NCBI GenBank assembly: GCA_028023455.1
Contig: JAQFVV010000002.1
Span: 28,086,001 to 28,150,000, forward strand
Direction: 5' to 3'
Length of the DNA stretch: 64,000 bases
Source: Epiperipatus broadwayi
Lineage: Eukaryota; Animalia; Onychophora
Shown: positions 26,560-38,975 of the stretch, in pieces
How positions within the stretch are numbered: position 1 is the first letter of the stretch
Layout: each line of letters opens with the position of its first letter
Translations under genes and position numbers: made by a program
The notes under the pieces: generated by a model
What the model was told of the DNA's origin: nothing
Seen by the model: only the letters and a program-made list of their open reading frames with translations
Databases searched by the model: none

Positions 26560-26800
26560 TCACTGATTTGTTAAAAATTTTGGCTGTTGATTGGAAATGA
26601 GGATCCTAAAAAAAAAGTCAATAAAAATTTTAATTTACTTTGGATCAACATTCTTACGTGAAATTGGTTTCTCAAAATTAGCTTTTAAAAGAAATATCAA
26701 ACATGATTGAATCCAAAAAATGATTTATGGGTACCATAGAAGCAATCACAAGTTTTCTAGAAATGTAAATTCCACATTAATTATTAAATTACATTAGCGA
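26560..26800 (+). pseudogene. hAT/Buster transposase C-terminal dimerisation-domain remnant
   Basis: FGSTFLREIGFSKL...KYQT*LNPKNDL resembles the PF.STYLCE.GFS...K.RSRL...DL motif of Buster/SCAND3 proteins. Confidence 0.6.
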
Positions 26801-28203
26801 TCAGGCTAATGCACATGCGCTTTACAGATTTTAAACTATACGTAAATGAATACTTTCGTTCTCAAACAGATAAAGTCTTTATGAAAAGATAGAATGAATC
26901 CATTTATATTTTCAACCCAAACGTTTAAGTATGGGCTAATCTTAAGTATTTAGAGATGAGAGGGTGAAGATATTAAGCAGTCACTTTAAATTACTTTATT
27001 ATGTTTGAATGAATGATGCTTATGAAATTATTTAAAATTTACTATACGTCATTCTTAGTTGAAGTTAAACATATATATAATAAGGTATTTATTTATTAAC
27101 ATAGGGCTATATAAATAAATACCTTATTATAAATTACATCAGTTAAATTTTCATTAAATTAAAATTTGTTGACTGTGTACGTAATATTATATGTATCTAT
27201 ATAAATTATATATGAATGTATTAAAATTATTAATTTCTAAATTATGTGTTTCATTATATTTTTTAATTAGATAAAAACAATTTAAGGGTCACATAGAACT
27301 ACCATCTATGAAAAGGGATCATACCGAAATTCTATCTAACAAAAGGAGTCGTAGATAGAAATAGGGTGCACAACATTAATAGTACCATAGTATTCACTCC
27401 CTTAATTTATAATTTTTTAGAATTTCATCCTAGATTATCTTCATTAGAATAGATATACGTTACATAAAACATCATAAGATTTGATTAACATTAGTTCTAT
27501 TAGACAAAAGAAACTCTTATCTTCTTTTATCATCATTGATTAAATTAATGTTTAAATAATTGGGTGCTAATTATTGCATGTTAGAATTAGATATTGAGAA
27601 TCCAGTTAGATTCCAGATGCAGGACGAACAGTGTTTATAAACTAAGGCTTCTTGAATTTTTCAATGATATTCTCATGTAAAAGAAATCTCTTGTAAATAT
27701 GTTTAATGTAAAGTAAAGCATTTTTTTTTTTTTTTTACAATATTTTATTTTTAAAATTATTATTATAACAATTACATAAATTTATATCATATGAACTTGA
27801 GCAATAATTAACAGTTTTACATAAATAATTTTATTTTGCACTGAAATATTATGATCGAAAGATTTTTTTTTGTTAAAAAAAAAGTTTGCATAATTTTCCT
27901 CAGGATTTTTTTACATCAGGAATACCAAAAAATCTCATAAGACCAAATCCCATAAGAGCTGAAAAAAAAAAAAAAAAGGATAATTATAATTATTTAAAAA
28001 AAAAAAAAAATATAAGAATAATTTCCAATTTCTATAATTTAAAAAAAAATTAATTCAGAATTTATCTTTGTAATGTTTAATTTTTAATTTCTTATGATAT
28101 AGAAGCTCATTAAAGTTTATAATGGAGCTAACAGCATATAAACATTAGTATAAATTGTATTAAAGAATTCTCAAGTGATAAAGCTACCATTGTTGATATT
28201 ATT

Positions 28204-28656
28204 TCAGAGGTAAAACTGTCCATGTGCAACCCAGATTAATTACTGGATGCAGGAAGGTTTGGGCATAAAATCCCTATCTAGTGCCTATTCATCCAATATC
28301 TCCAGACTAGTTTCTAGCTTAAGAATTTCATCAGTGAGGAGCCTTGGATCTGAGAGCACTGCATGTAGATCTTAGGATCCTACTCATCCAATATCCCCAG
28401 ACTAATTTCTAGCTTAGGATCCTAAGATCTAGGTACGGTGCTCTCAGATCCAAGGCTTCTCACTGATGAAAACCACAAACTAGAAACTATTCTGGGAATA
28501 TTGGACAAAACTAGGCACTAGATAGGGATTCATTGCACAAACCTCCCTGCATTTAATGATTACTCTGGATTGCACTGAGTGGCACTACTGTATGGAGAAT
28601 TTTGCCTCTGTGAAAAACAGCTTCTGTAAGCATAAAGAATGGTGATCATGTGATGT
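28204..28656. mobile_element. Family A foldback insertion, copy 2 (more diverged)
   Basis: Minus arm then plus arm. 11-bp TSD ttgatattatt (28193-28203 and 28657-28667). Hammerhead remnants at ~28300-28345 (-) and ~28455-28500 (+). Confidence 0.8.
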
Positions 28657-29034
28657 TTGATATTATTGCTAGATTGTAATATTTTACTGTCTAGTTACTC
28701 CTGTTAGCTTTAAACAAAGAACTTGTGATATGTTGACTATACAGTGATTATCTAGATTCTAGAACATAGCAGAAAAACACTATCCTGGTAAATTTTATAC
28801 TTCCTCAATCCTTAAATAAAGGTCATGAACATATCACAAACTATATTTCTACTTTGTGTATTTCAACTAACTAAATGTTTTTAGATAGATATTTATAACC
28901 AATTGAACTTTTAATAGTAAGTAAGATTGTTTTAAATTCTTAAGTATAGTGAATAACATTTGATCATTTAAAGTATTTATAGTGAATAATATATATATAT
29001 ATATATATATAAATCTGACTTTGCCCAAAACTAG

Positions 29035-29540
29035 ATATGTAAATGTAATCACATGATAACTGCTCAAGTTTATATGAACTATGAATTTTCAGTATGTTGT
29101 CAAGGTAACCTCTGTAAGTAAAAGATGGATTCCACTTTTTAGTCTGAACTAAAATCTTAATATAGATAAAGACTGAAGATTCATGGTTTAGATAAGCTTG
29201 GGATGTTATCATGTGATTACATTTATAAAACCTCTATGTTTTGTGAAAAATCAAGTTCATTAAACTTAGTAATAATTAAGAGCAGTGGGATTTGAAAAAT
29301 GTTAAAAATGATTATTTATTAGTCTACTTTCAGAGAAGGTTATATTTGTTTTTTTAATGAGGTTTATTTAAACTTTTAGGAATATAAAAATCTCAGTCTA
29401 TTAAAGTCCTGTGTCAATTCTTTGTCTATATTAAAATCTTAGACCAAAGTGAAAGAGGAATTCCATCTTTTATTAATTTAGGTTACCTTGACAACAGATT
29501 GAAGATTCATGATTTAGATAAGTATGGGATGATATCATAT
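29035..29540. repeat. Family E/F foldback with a ~326-bp tandem period
   Basis: gaagattcatg at 29175 and 29501. 29035-29150 is an inverted copy (atgtaatcacatgataac versus gttatcatgtgattacat). Confidence 0.7.
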
Positions 29541-31054
29541 GTATTGTGCCATTTTATATGTTTAATGCTATTTATTAGACCCGGATGGCTGTAAGATTAG
29601 TTTTATATATATCTGTTAAAGATATACCTGTTACCTCCCATGCCCACACCTAATCTAGATTATTGTAGTTAACCATTTCAAGTTTTAGCATAAGCGTAGT
29701 ATATTTCCCAAGTAATACGTTCCTAATTGTAACTAACTAACTTTCCCTATATTGTCATTTTTAATAGTTTAAATTTGTTTTTTTATTAAGAGCCAGGATT
29801 CTATTTAGATATCCCTATTAAATTGACAATGAAGGAAAGTTTTCCCCCTCCTTTTGCCACGTCCCACCAAAACCCTCTCTATAACATGAATGAACAAATC
29901 GCCCATATATTAACTTATCCCTATAATCTTTATACAAACTAATGCAAGTATATTATATATCTGTATCATGACCTCACAAATAATAAATCTAAGAATATAA
30001 CAAAATTATGTTGGTATCAACAGTTGAATTTTTCAAAGATCGCTGAAAGAATATAGTTATGAGGCTTAAACAAACAACACATTGTAATTCTCTCTTTTAT
30101 TATTATTTTTATTTATCAGCATATTCAATAAGAGCAAAACAACAAAAGAAAAAATTGTATTATCATAGCAAAATTATTTCTCGGATTCATTAACCATATA
30201 AAAGTACATTATGATCCATTAAACTATGTTTTCTTTTCTCCTTGTTTATATGAGACGTGAGTATTCTAAAGTTATTTCAATAAGCATGTAAGTTCAAAAA
30301 TCTGATTTCTTATCAGTAAGATCGTTCTTTGGTAGTACATATAATCCTCAGGTTTTCTTCATGACACGAGGCTTCTATTTTAGGCAGGTGGCGACTTAAC
30401 TCTTCTAAATCATTTTAAGTATGTTCGAGGGAATGGAATGATTGGTGATGTACAGACATTCTAGCCGCTCATCTGAATATCAGCAGCTGACGATTAATGA
30501 TATACAGACATTCTAGCCACCCATCTGAATATCAGCGGCTATCATGGGATAGTGCAACATCTTGTGAAAAATCCGAAGAACAAACAACACTTCTTTATCT
30601 ATGTCCATTTTATATCCCTCTGAAAACTCATTACACATGTGTACGTTGATACCACCCGCATTCTTTCTTCAAACTTTTATCTTTCTTTAAATTTTTGTTC
30701 TCAAAGTTCTTTTTTTTTGTTGTAGTTACCATGACCATATTTAATTACTAATCTTTCCTTTGCAGAACTTCTATCAATATTTACAATCAGTATTCGCTTT
30801 TATTATTTAAACTTGCTCTTTTTTAATTGAACGAAAAGAAAAAAAACAAAATGTATATTGCCTCAAGGAAATTTTTTTTTCCCAAATTTAATCCCATAAA
30901 AGACTTATTCTATACATTAATTTGTATCTATATCAAACATAGTTTTATTTTATTTTCCTTTATATTCATTTCAGCAAAATCTTCAAATTCAACTGCCATC
31001 GTACTTTGCACCGTTGCAGTATATATATTGAAATGAATGTTTTCACATGTGAAA

Positions 31055-31330
31055 GAAGTTTTAGGAAGCATGTTTTCAGGAGTAACTGTGTTTAATAGAA
31101 TAAAATAAATTTATAACAAATGTTTCGATAAGATAACACTTAAGATAACACTTATCCTCTACTGGGTGACATATATATATATATATTCACTCAATAGAGG
31201 ATAAGTATTATCTTTTTGAAATGTTGGTAATAAATTTATTTTATTCATCCAGTAGAGGGTGTTATCTTATCAAAACACTGGCTATAAATTTATTTTATTC
31301 TATTAAACGCAGTCACCCCTGAAAACATGC
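31055..31330. repeat. Family G foldback element centred on a (TA)n tract
   Basis: gaagcatgttttcagg...aatagaataaaataaatttata on the left versus tataaatttattttattctatt...cctgaaaacatgcttc on the right. Confidence 0.75.
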
Positions 31331-31917
31331 TTCATAATATATATATATTAATAACTTGATTTAAAAATAAACATACTTTTATTTTATTTTCATTTTTTCT
31401 TTACCTCTATCTCCTGGAATGTAGAATGAGATCATTTTTCAAATATTAATAGATTCATAATTGTGACCTTGCAACACTATATAAGAAATCAATAATTTCT
31501 AAGTGGCTCCAAAAGTAAGAATTCTGTCTCCCAGCAATTTACTTTTTTATTTATGATTTTCACAATTTATTAAACATTTTCCTCTGATTTGTATATTGTA
31601 AATCAATAGCTTTCAGTTTATAAAAATAAGAGAAATATTGCTTCTCTTAATAAGTGAATATTTTTTAAAATAACATTTCCATATTTATGATATTTTATGT
31701 TTTTTTAAGCTAATTTTTCCATTTAAAAAATGACAAAATCAAGCATTTATATATTCTACACTAGTCATTGAATAAAACACAACTGTTTCTTCCAAAATGT
31801 TGACTTTGGATAATGGTTTCTTACACTGGCATGTCACGATCATGTACATAAATGTTAGTGGAAGCAATTTTTGACTTAAATTCATACAATATTAAAAAGT
31901 TATTCTATTGTTTATAT

Positions 31918-32115
31918 AGGGGATTTGAACTCAGACTTTCAAGCACCCTTCAACTATCCACACTAACTCATACCACTGATACACATGACCACACACACAC
32001 ATGTAGAAAAGATAAATAATCACCAATATACGTATTTCATGCTGAACCAGCACTTATCAGTTGGTCCAGATTATCATCTCTCACACATACATATAATCAC
32101 TGCTCAGTTTATATT
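31918..32115 (-). mobile_element. Family D element: hammerhead (32022-32066) followed by a tRNA-like region ending in a B-box-like gagttcaaatccc
   Basis: Minus strand reads accaa-CTGATAA-gTGCTG-gtt-CAGCAt-GAA-ATACGTAT-A-ttggt. Homologous to 42470-42570 and 54110-54290. Confidence 0.7.
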
Positions 32116-32729
32116 AAGATAGCAAATCTTCATACTTTAATGGACACGCTTCAATCTATTCCATCCTCCAACTCTTCAGCCATCCATAGCCATCTATTGT
32201 TTATTAATCTGCCATAAAGGTAACTCAAAGATATTGGTAATATATTGTCTAAGGTATATTTTTGTCTCAATGGAAGCAATTTTTGCATTAAATCCATAAA
32301 ATAATACAATATCAAGCTGTGTTTGCCATGGTTTAGCAATAACTCAAAAATATTCATAACAGCTATATAGTATTTTGTTCCGGATCCTGAAGACATTTAA
32401 AATACATTAAGTTTGATAGTACTATTTAAGTATTACTAAAAAATTCAACTTATTAAGATGTGAGTGACATTTCAATAATCTCTGTTTCGTTGTAATTTTG
32501 AAATGAAAAAATCTATCAATAAAAAATTGCATAATTGATTCTTGAGTGCTGAGATCATTTGGATCTTTTGAGTTTTATTGATAAAGAAATAATATTTAAA
32601 GAAAGAAACACCCAAACCAGAAATGATACATTTTAATACAAAAACTAAAACACATAAAAAATAATGAGCGGTGCTAATTGCCCTAACAAAAAATGCCGCA
32701 AAAGAAAACATTTAAAAATCTCTATCTAG

Positions 32730-33862
32730 AAATTATCCCCAATCCTCAGACCACTGGTTTCATGCTTTGGAAATCCTCAGTGAGGTACTCATTATTTTTT
32801 TATTTACAAGCTTATAAAATGGGGTCATGTGATGTATGACTTTATTTTATTTACTATTAAAACACACATTTGATATTTCAATACTAGATATTATGAACAA
32901 TACCTTGGTTAATAGAGAATAAAGAAACAAATTTTTTTGGCCATGCTTTTTTTTTAAAAATGGAAAGCACATATTGGCAGATTTTAATGTTTAAATAATT
33001 TGTTTAAAGCTCTAAAGAGGCATGAAACATTGTTAAACCATCTAAAAGTGAGAATTTCATTTTAAAACATTTTGTTCTGTTTATATTTTAATTAACTATC
33101 AAAAATTGAACTGTTTTACCACTCCCAAATCTCGCTACATGTTTTACTTAAAGTATGATATTTCAATCTCGATCAATATGTTGTATACTGACTGGTTATG
33201 TAAATATCTTTATTAACAAAGTTATAGATACACATGTATGCGATGGTATAGGGTGGTCAGTATAGATGGTGTTAAAGCACTCCAGAAAAAATAATGATAT
33301 GCAAAAAATATAATTAGTTTACTGTAAGAAGCAACAGGATAATTTGCATGTCAATAAAGTGGAACTTTATACAAATTACCAAAGTGGATAAAAATGCCTG
33401 CAGATCTTCAACTGGTGATCTGTCATTTCAGTTCAGTCAGTGGTGTCTAGTGAAGTAATAATGTGAAGAGAGAAGGTAAAAAAGCAAGAGTTGAAAACTG
33501 ATCAGACAACCTCTTAGAGTAAACCACTATTAAGAGTCAAGAGCTCTCGTCATAATCAAATTGGACCATCTCAAGAGATGTATGTGAGCGATGCAGTTGT
33601 AAAGAAACTTTTGCATATTAATTATCTACAGATAGTAACTGTTACATGATCTAGATTGATCCTGTGTTGAACTAGCAATTAGACGGTTGATTTACTAATC
33701 CTATCTCCTAAAATTATTGATATGCAAAGTAAATAAACTCTTGAATTTATCATTAAACTTTTATGTTTGTTTTTTTTTTTTTAAACAATTTATATGATTA
33801 TCCAGCTGCTGAATTATAGTTTGGCCCTGGATATATTAAATAGTCCAAAACTTATAGATTAG
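32730..33862 (+). CDS. Putative last two coding exons (32730-32784, 33806-33862) of an unidentified gene: NYPQSSDHWFHALEILSE LLNYSLALDILNSPKLID*
   Basis: AG/GT sites and a phase-0 junction give a continuous protein-like peptide. The donor GTACTC is weak and the family is not recognised. Confidence 0.4.
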
Positions 33863-34842
33863 AAAAAAAAAAAAGGAATAATTTTGAATGTAATTTTCAA
33901 AAGTAAATTAAAAATGAAACGTATTTAACTTAATAAGAATTTTTATTCGTAAACCAATATCATATAACAAATTAAATAGCTAAGTAAAATTATAAAATAC
34001 ATACTGTTTATGGTGTCAAGCATTGCATTTCATTAACAAAAGATTTAATAAACCTAATATGAATTTTATAAACGCTAACGGTTTCCTAATGATTTTTATA
34101 TATTTTTACAAAGTTTCTTTATGATTATAATACAGTAATTATAATGAAGCAGTAAAACCCTTTTCAAATGATAGCGATTAGAAGAGCACAGTTTCCTTAA
34201 GAATTCGGGCATGTCCAGTAGAAGTCAAGCCTCTGATCTGATTGTGACTTAGAGAAGATGTGTAGTCAAAGTTTCACTGATTGCAATAGCAGGTCTGCAT
34301 ACAGAATTAGATAAATTATGAATTTTTTTTTTTTTTTAAATCTTGTGTCTGTTTATATTATTTGAAATTTTTTTCCAATATTCACTTGGTCTGGATTGGT
34401 ATTCTCACTAATCACTAAACTAATGGTTTTTTAAAATCAAATTATCAAAAAAAATAAAAAAATATTATTTAAACATTTTAATGTAATAATTAAATATAAA
34501 ATAAATCCCAATTATGATTTATAACAATAACCATTACTATGATTAGTTAATGAATAGTTCTCCTTTTTTTACTCTGGCGCCATCTACTATAAGCTTAAGA
34601 AATCAGTGATTAGCAGATGATGGTGCAATTTAATTCTTATCAGCAAACTGGTTTCTGATTTTTACCTTTGTCAGTGAAGATTTGCAATTCAAACCTGAAA
34701 CCAATGCAGTTACACTTTCAATCTCTTATTTTCATATTAAGCTAATAGATTAAAATTTAATATTAAATCAGTAGACAACAATTTAAAAAAAAAAATCTAA
34801 GATTTTTAAACTTAAATTTACATGCTTACTAAATTATAAATT

Positions 34843-36113
34843 GAACCACTAAACATCACATGACCACCATCTCCTATGCTAGCACATAACTGTTATTAAA
34901 CAGGTAAAACTCTCCATATAGTAGTGCTACATTGTGCCAGCCAAAGTAATCAATGGATGCCAGAAGGCTTGTGCATAAAATCCCCATCTAGTGCCTACTC
35001 AGCCAATATCTCCAGACTAGTTTCTGGCTTGTGGCCTTCGTCAGTGAGGAGCCTTGGATCTGAAAGCACTGCACCTAGATCTTAGGATTGCTCCAGCAGC
35101 CATCTTTTATCTCTACTTAACTACAAAACTATGAGAATGAAATTGAAAGCACAATAATATTTTCAAAACTCAATAGCTTATATAGTCATATGGGTCTGAA
35201 TTCAGTTCAGCACCCATGCATTTTGTTGTCTTTGGCTCATTAACAACCATAGCCACCACTATCCTATTAGGCAGGATTGATGTTAAACCACTAAACATCA
35301 CATGATTACCATCTCCTATGCTAGCACATAATTGTTATTAAACAGGCAAAACTCTCCATACAATAATGTGACCCTGTGCCAACCAGAGTAATCAATGGAT
35401 GCCAGAAGGCTTGTGCATAAAATCCCCATGTAGTGCCTACTCATCCTGTGCATAAAATCCCCATTTAGTACCTACTCATCCAATATCTCCAGACTAGTTT
35501 TTGGATTGTGGCCTTCGTCAGTCAGAAGTCTTGAATCTGAGAGGACTGCACCTAGATCTTAGGATCTAATGCAACCTTCCAGCTATCTCTACTAACTATA
35601 AAACTATGAAAATAAAAACACAATATTTTCAATCTAAGCTCAATAGCTTATATAGTCATATGGGTCTGAACTCAGTTCAGCACCATACATTTTGGTTTCT
35701 TTGTCTCATTAACAACCAATCCTGCCTAATAGGATAGTGGTGGCTATGGTTGTTAATGAGCCAAAGACAACAAAATGTATGGATGCCGAACTGAATTCAG
35801 AACCGTATGACTATATAAGCTATTGAGCTTAAATTGAAAATATTATTGGGTTTTCAATTTCATTCTCATAGTTTTGTAGTTAAGTAGAGTTAAAAGGTGG
35901 CTGCTGGAGTGTTGCATTAAATCCTAAGATCTAGGTGCAGTGCTCTCAGATCCAAGGCTCCTCACTGACAAAGGCCACAAGCCAGAAACTAGTCTGGGGA
36001 TATTGGATGAGTAGGCACTAGATGGGGATTTTATGCACAAGCCTTCTGGCATCCATTGATTACTCTGGATGGCACAGGGTAGCACTAATGTATGGAGAGT
36101 TTTGCCTGTTTAA
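34843..36113. mobile_element. Family A foldback insertion, copy 3 (~2 units minus + ~0.9 unit plus)
   Basis: aaccactaaacatcaca at 34844 and 35286 (period 442). Inversion at ~35717. 13-bp TSD taaattataaatt (34830-34842 and 36114-36126). Confidence 0.93.
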
Positions 36114-36767
36114 TAAATTATAAATTATTATCTGATATCCAATCAGTAATTACTTCAGTTCTAGTCCATTTATAAGCTTGATAATATATAAAAAAAAAAG
36201 ATGGTAAAAAATGTTTGCAGGATGCATAACTTGATTCTAGCTTTGAATCCCAAATCTTTATTGATAAAGATAAAAGTCAGAAACTGGTCCGGAGATGAAA
36301 GTTTGCATTACCATTTGTAAACACGTATTAGTACAAAATTACAATAAATTAAAGTGGTGAAGAGAAAAAAGAACAGGTTCATCATAATACTATAGTAAGC
36401 TGAAATGGTATTACTAGGATTATTTTTAATATGAGATTTTATTATATCTGAATCACATCTTTTTTAATCACGGCTAACCTTCATTATATTAAACTTGACT
36501 GCAATTGTGTTCGGATTTATTAGATTTCAAGTTATAAAAATACTGTATTGATAATATCAATATTTATACATGAAATCAGTGAACTATTTATTTTATTTTT
36601 TATAAGTGTATATATATATATATGTAAGAAGCGCAAATGCAATACACGAATACACTAGGTACACAAACAGATTATCAAACACAGATGAATTAACAACAAA
36701 GTAAATAAATAGTTCAATGATAATAGTGACAGCACCATGCTCACTTTATATCAACAATGGAATTTCT

Positions 36768-37075
36768 ATCATCATATGATCACCACTTTTTATGCTTCCA
36801 CAAGTTTTTCAAATAGGCAAAACTCTCCTTACAGTAGTGCCACTCAAATAAAAAAGTAAAAGGTGTTTGCTGAGGGTTACATTAGATCTTAAGATCTCAG
36901 TTCAGTGCTCTCATATCCAAGGCCCCTCAGTGATGAAAGCCACAAGCTAGAAACTAGTCTGGGGATATTGGATGAGTAGGCACTAGATAGGGATTTTATG
37001 CTCAAGCCTTCTGGCATCCACTGATTACTCTGGCTTTCACTGAGTGGTGCTACTGTATGGAGAGTTTTGCCTCTT
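36768..37075. mobile_element. Family A foldback insertion, copy 4
   Basis: Short minus arm ~36768-36848 and a plus arm carrying a hammerhead at ~36925-36965. Helix II reads AGC-cacaa-GCT (covarying with GGC/GCC). No TSD found. Confidence 0.85.
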
Positions 37076-38301
37076 TGTATATATGTAATTGTTGTTCAAA
37101 AAAATGCTCCTTTCTACTAACTTAGTATTATTTTTAAACTAAGAAATATTTACTAAATTCCTTTTAATAAAATTTATATATTTAATAGGTTTTAGATATT
37201 TCTCATATTTCTGCAAGTTTGAAGCTACATTTAGAAAAAAACAGATATTTTTCTACAATACTGAAGAATTATTTATATGACGATTTAAAGATCGATTAGA
37301 AAAATTTGCTTTTGAAATAACTTTTTTATTAACAATAATGAAAATTTTCTATTACTTTTTTTCAAACTGGCAATTCATACAAATTTTAAAGAGTTTACAT
37401 ACAAAAAAAACCCCTCAATGTGAGGTGACATTTGGTTCTTATCTAAATATATCATTTTGTAACAATGTAATAACTATAAAATTTATATCAAAATTTTTAT
37501 TTTTAGTTAAAACTTGATTTTTCATTCTAAGTATATTTAAACTAAATATATTTAAAAAATTTTTACACAATTTTAACGCTCATGAATTTTACAGGCCTTT
37601 TTTTTTTTTGATAATCTTTGACGGTATGACTGATTATGTCATAACAAGAACAATTTCTGCCTCCCTTTTTCCTGGGTTGCTTCTTTTTTTGGTTAGTTCC
37701 TTTTATAGTTTCGCATATTTTAGTCTGACTTTTAACAGCTTTTCCAAATTCAGAAAATTCTTAAATTGTTTTATTACTAATTCATGGAATATTCTCTATT
37801 TAATTGCCAATATTTAGGACAAATCAGTTTTACTGTGTTTATAAAGGTGATTGATATTCATTCCCCATAAAAATTATTCGATTCTCTACATGAGAGCTAA
37901 TACAGATTTTTATAATAATCCTTCATTTTTCCATCATCGCTTTTGATTATTAAGAAAAAATAATCTAGCAATATGTCTAGACTGAAGAACGTTAAAAGGA
38001 TTAGGTAATTTTTTAGGATTACAGAGTTTGTTTGTATTCTCAATGACCTTTCGTCTAGCAAAATATAAAAGTGCAAGTACTTTATTTCAATCATATTGAA
38101 TTCTATAATACAATTCTGGTTCCAAGCATTCATTTTTCTCCTTTGTCTAACAAATTTATGTACACTCATTTATTTTCTGGTATTAGTTATGAATTGAAAG
38201 AAATTGCTAGTAACATTCCTGGATTTGAAAAAAATTCAGAATTTTTACTTAATTATGAAATGTTTCTTATCTGATAAAAAATCACATATAATGTTGTAGC
38301 A

Positions 38302-38975
38302 CAGTGTTTCTCAACCTTTGGGTCATGACCCAATATTGGCTCACATTAAATTTTTAATGGGCTGCGAATATGCACCAAGAAATAAAAACATATACCTGAT
38401 AGCAAAAATCTTTTTATATTTTAAAAAAATATTAGTATTAATAAAATAAATTAATAAGTAATACTACCTATGCTTTGTGTAGTTTTCTCAAATTCAATTG
38501 TAAATTTGAATTTAAATAATCATAATGTTAAATTTCACGATTATTTTCAAAATGTAATTGTTCAAAAAATTGTAACCAAAAATGCAACTAAAATTAATGC
38601 AGCCAAAGCTCAAAAGTAGACTATTTTTTAAATTTTTCATATGTAACTTAAATAAAACTGTATAATTTATTTTTGTAATTTTTGCTTGTATTTCATGTAT
38701 AAATAAAACTTTATTTGAAAAAAAAAAAAACAAACACTAAACACCTTTTTTTTTGGTAATTAACAAAATGTGTTAAGCTTTTAAATTAAAAATATGTAGT
38801 TTAACTGTAACTCAACTTTTAACTCACAAATTATTTGTTCATTGTAAATATTATCAAATTGATCCGAATACATATATATATGCAGTATCGTGCTGATGTA
38901 ATATCTCTTTTATTTTATATTATAATTTATGTAATAAACATTTGGGTTGTACGGCAAAAAGGTTGAGAAACGCTA
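38302..38975. mobile_element. hAT/Buster-type MITE
   Basis: TIRs cagtgtttctcaacc / ggttgagaaacgcta. 8-bp TSD ttgtagca (38294-38301 and 38976-38983). Confidence 0.9.

Noticed and set aside
30451-30540. ctgacga within a 38-bp duplication as a hammerhead core
   Set aside because: No helix II or GAAA follows. It is a local duplication in an unidentified decayed element.
32151-32396. Minus-strand 81-aa ORF as a terminal exon
   Set aside because: It has a plausible acceptor but no recognisable family and no partner exon, and it competes with plus-strand exon candidates. Left unannotated.
34843-35290. A second, antisense ribozyme in family A (viroid/obelisk-like ambisense design)
   Set aside because: The opposite strand has only ctgagag and ctgaatt, with no hammerhead core or helices, and the unit has no apparent ORF.
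35280-35305. aaacatcacatg in family A as a LINE-type (CATCA)n SINE tail
   Set aside because: It lies antisense to the ribozyme and just inside the insertion boundary rather than at a 3' terminus, so it is probably coincidental.
37600-38280. Degraded ORF fragments as a LINE or viral gene
   Set aside because: Motif matches were weak and inconsistent between frames.
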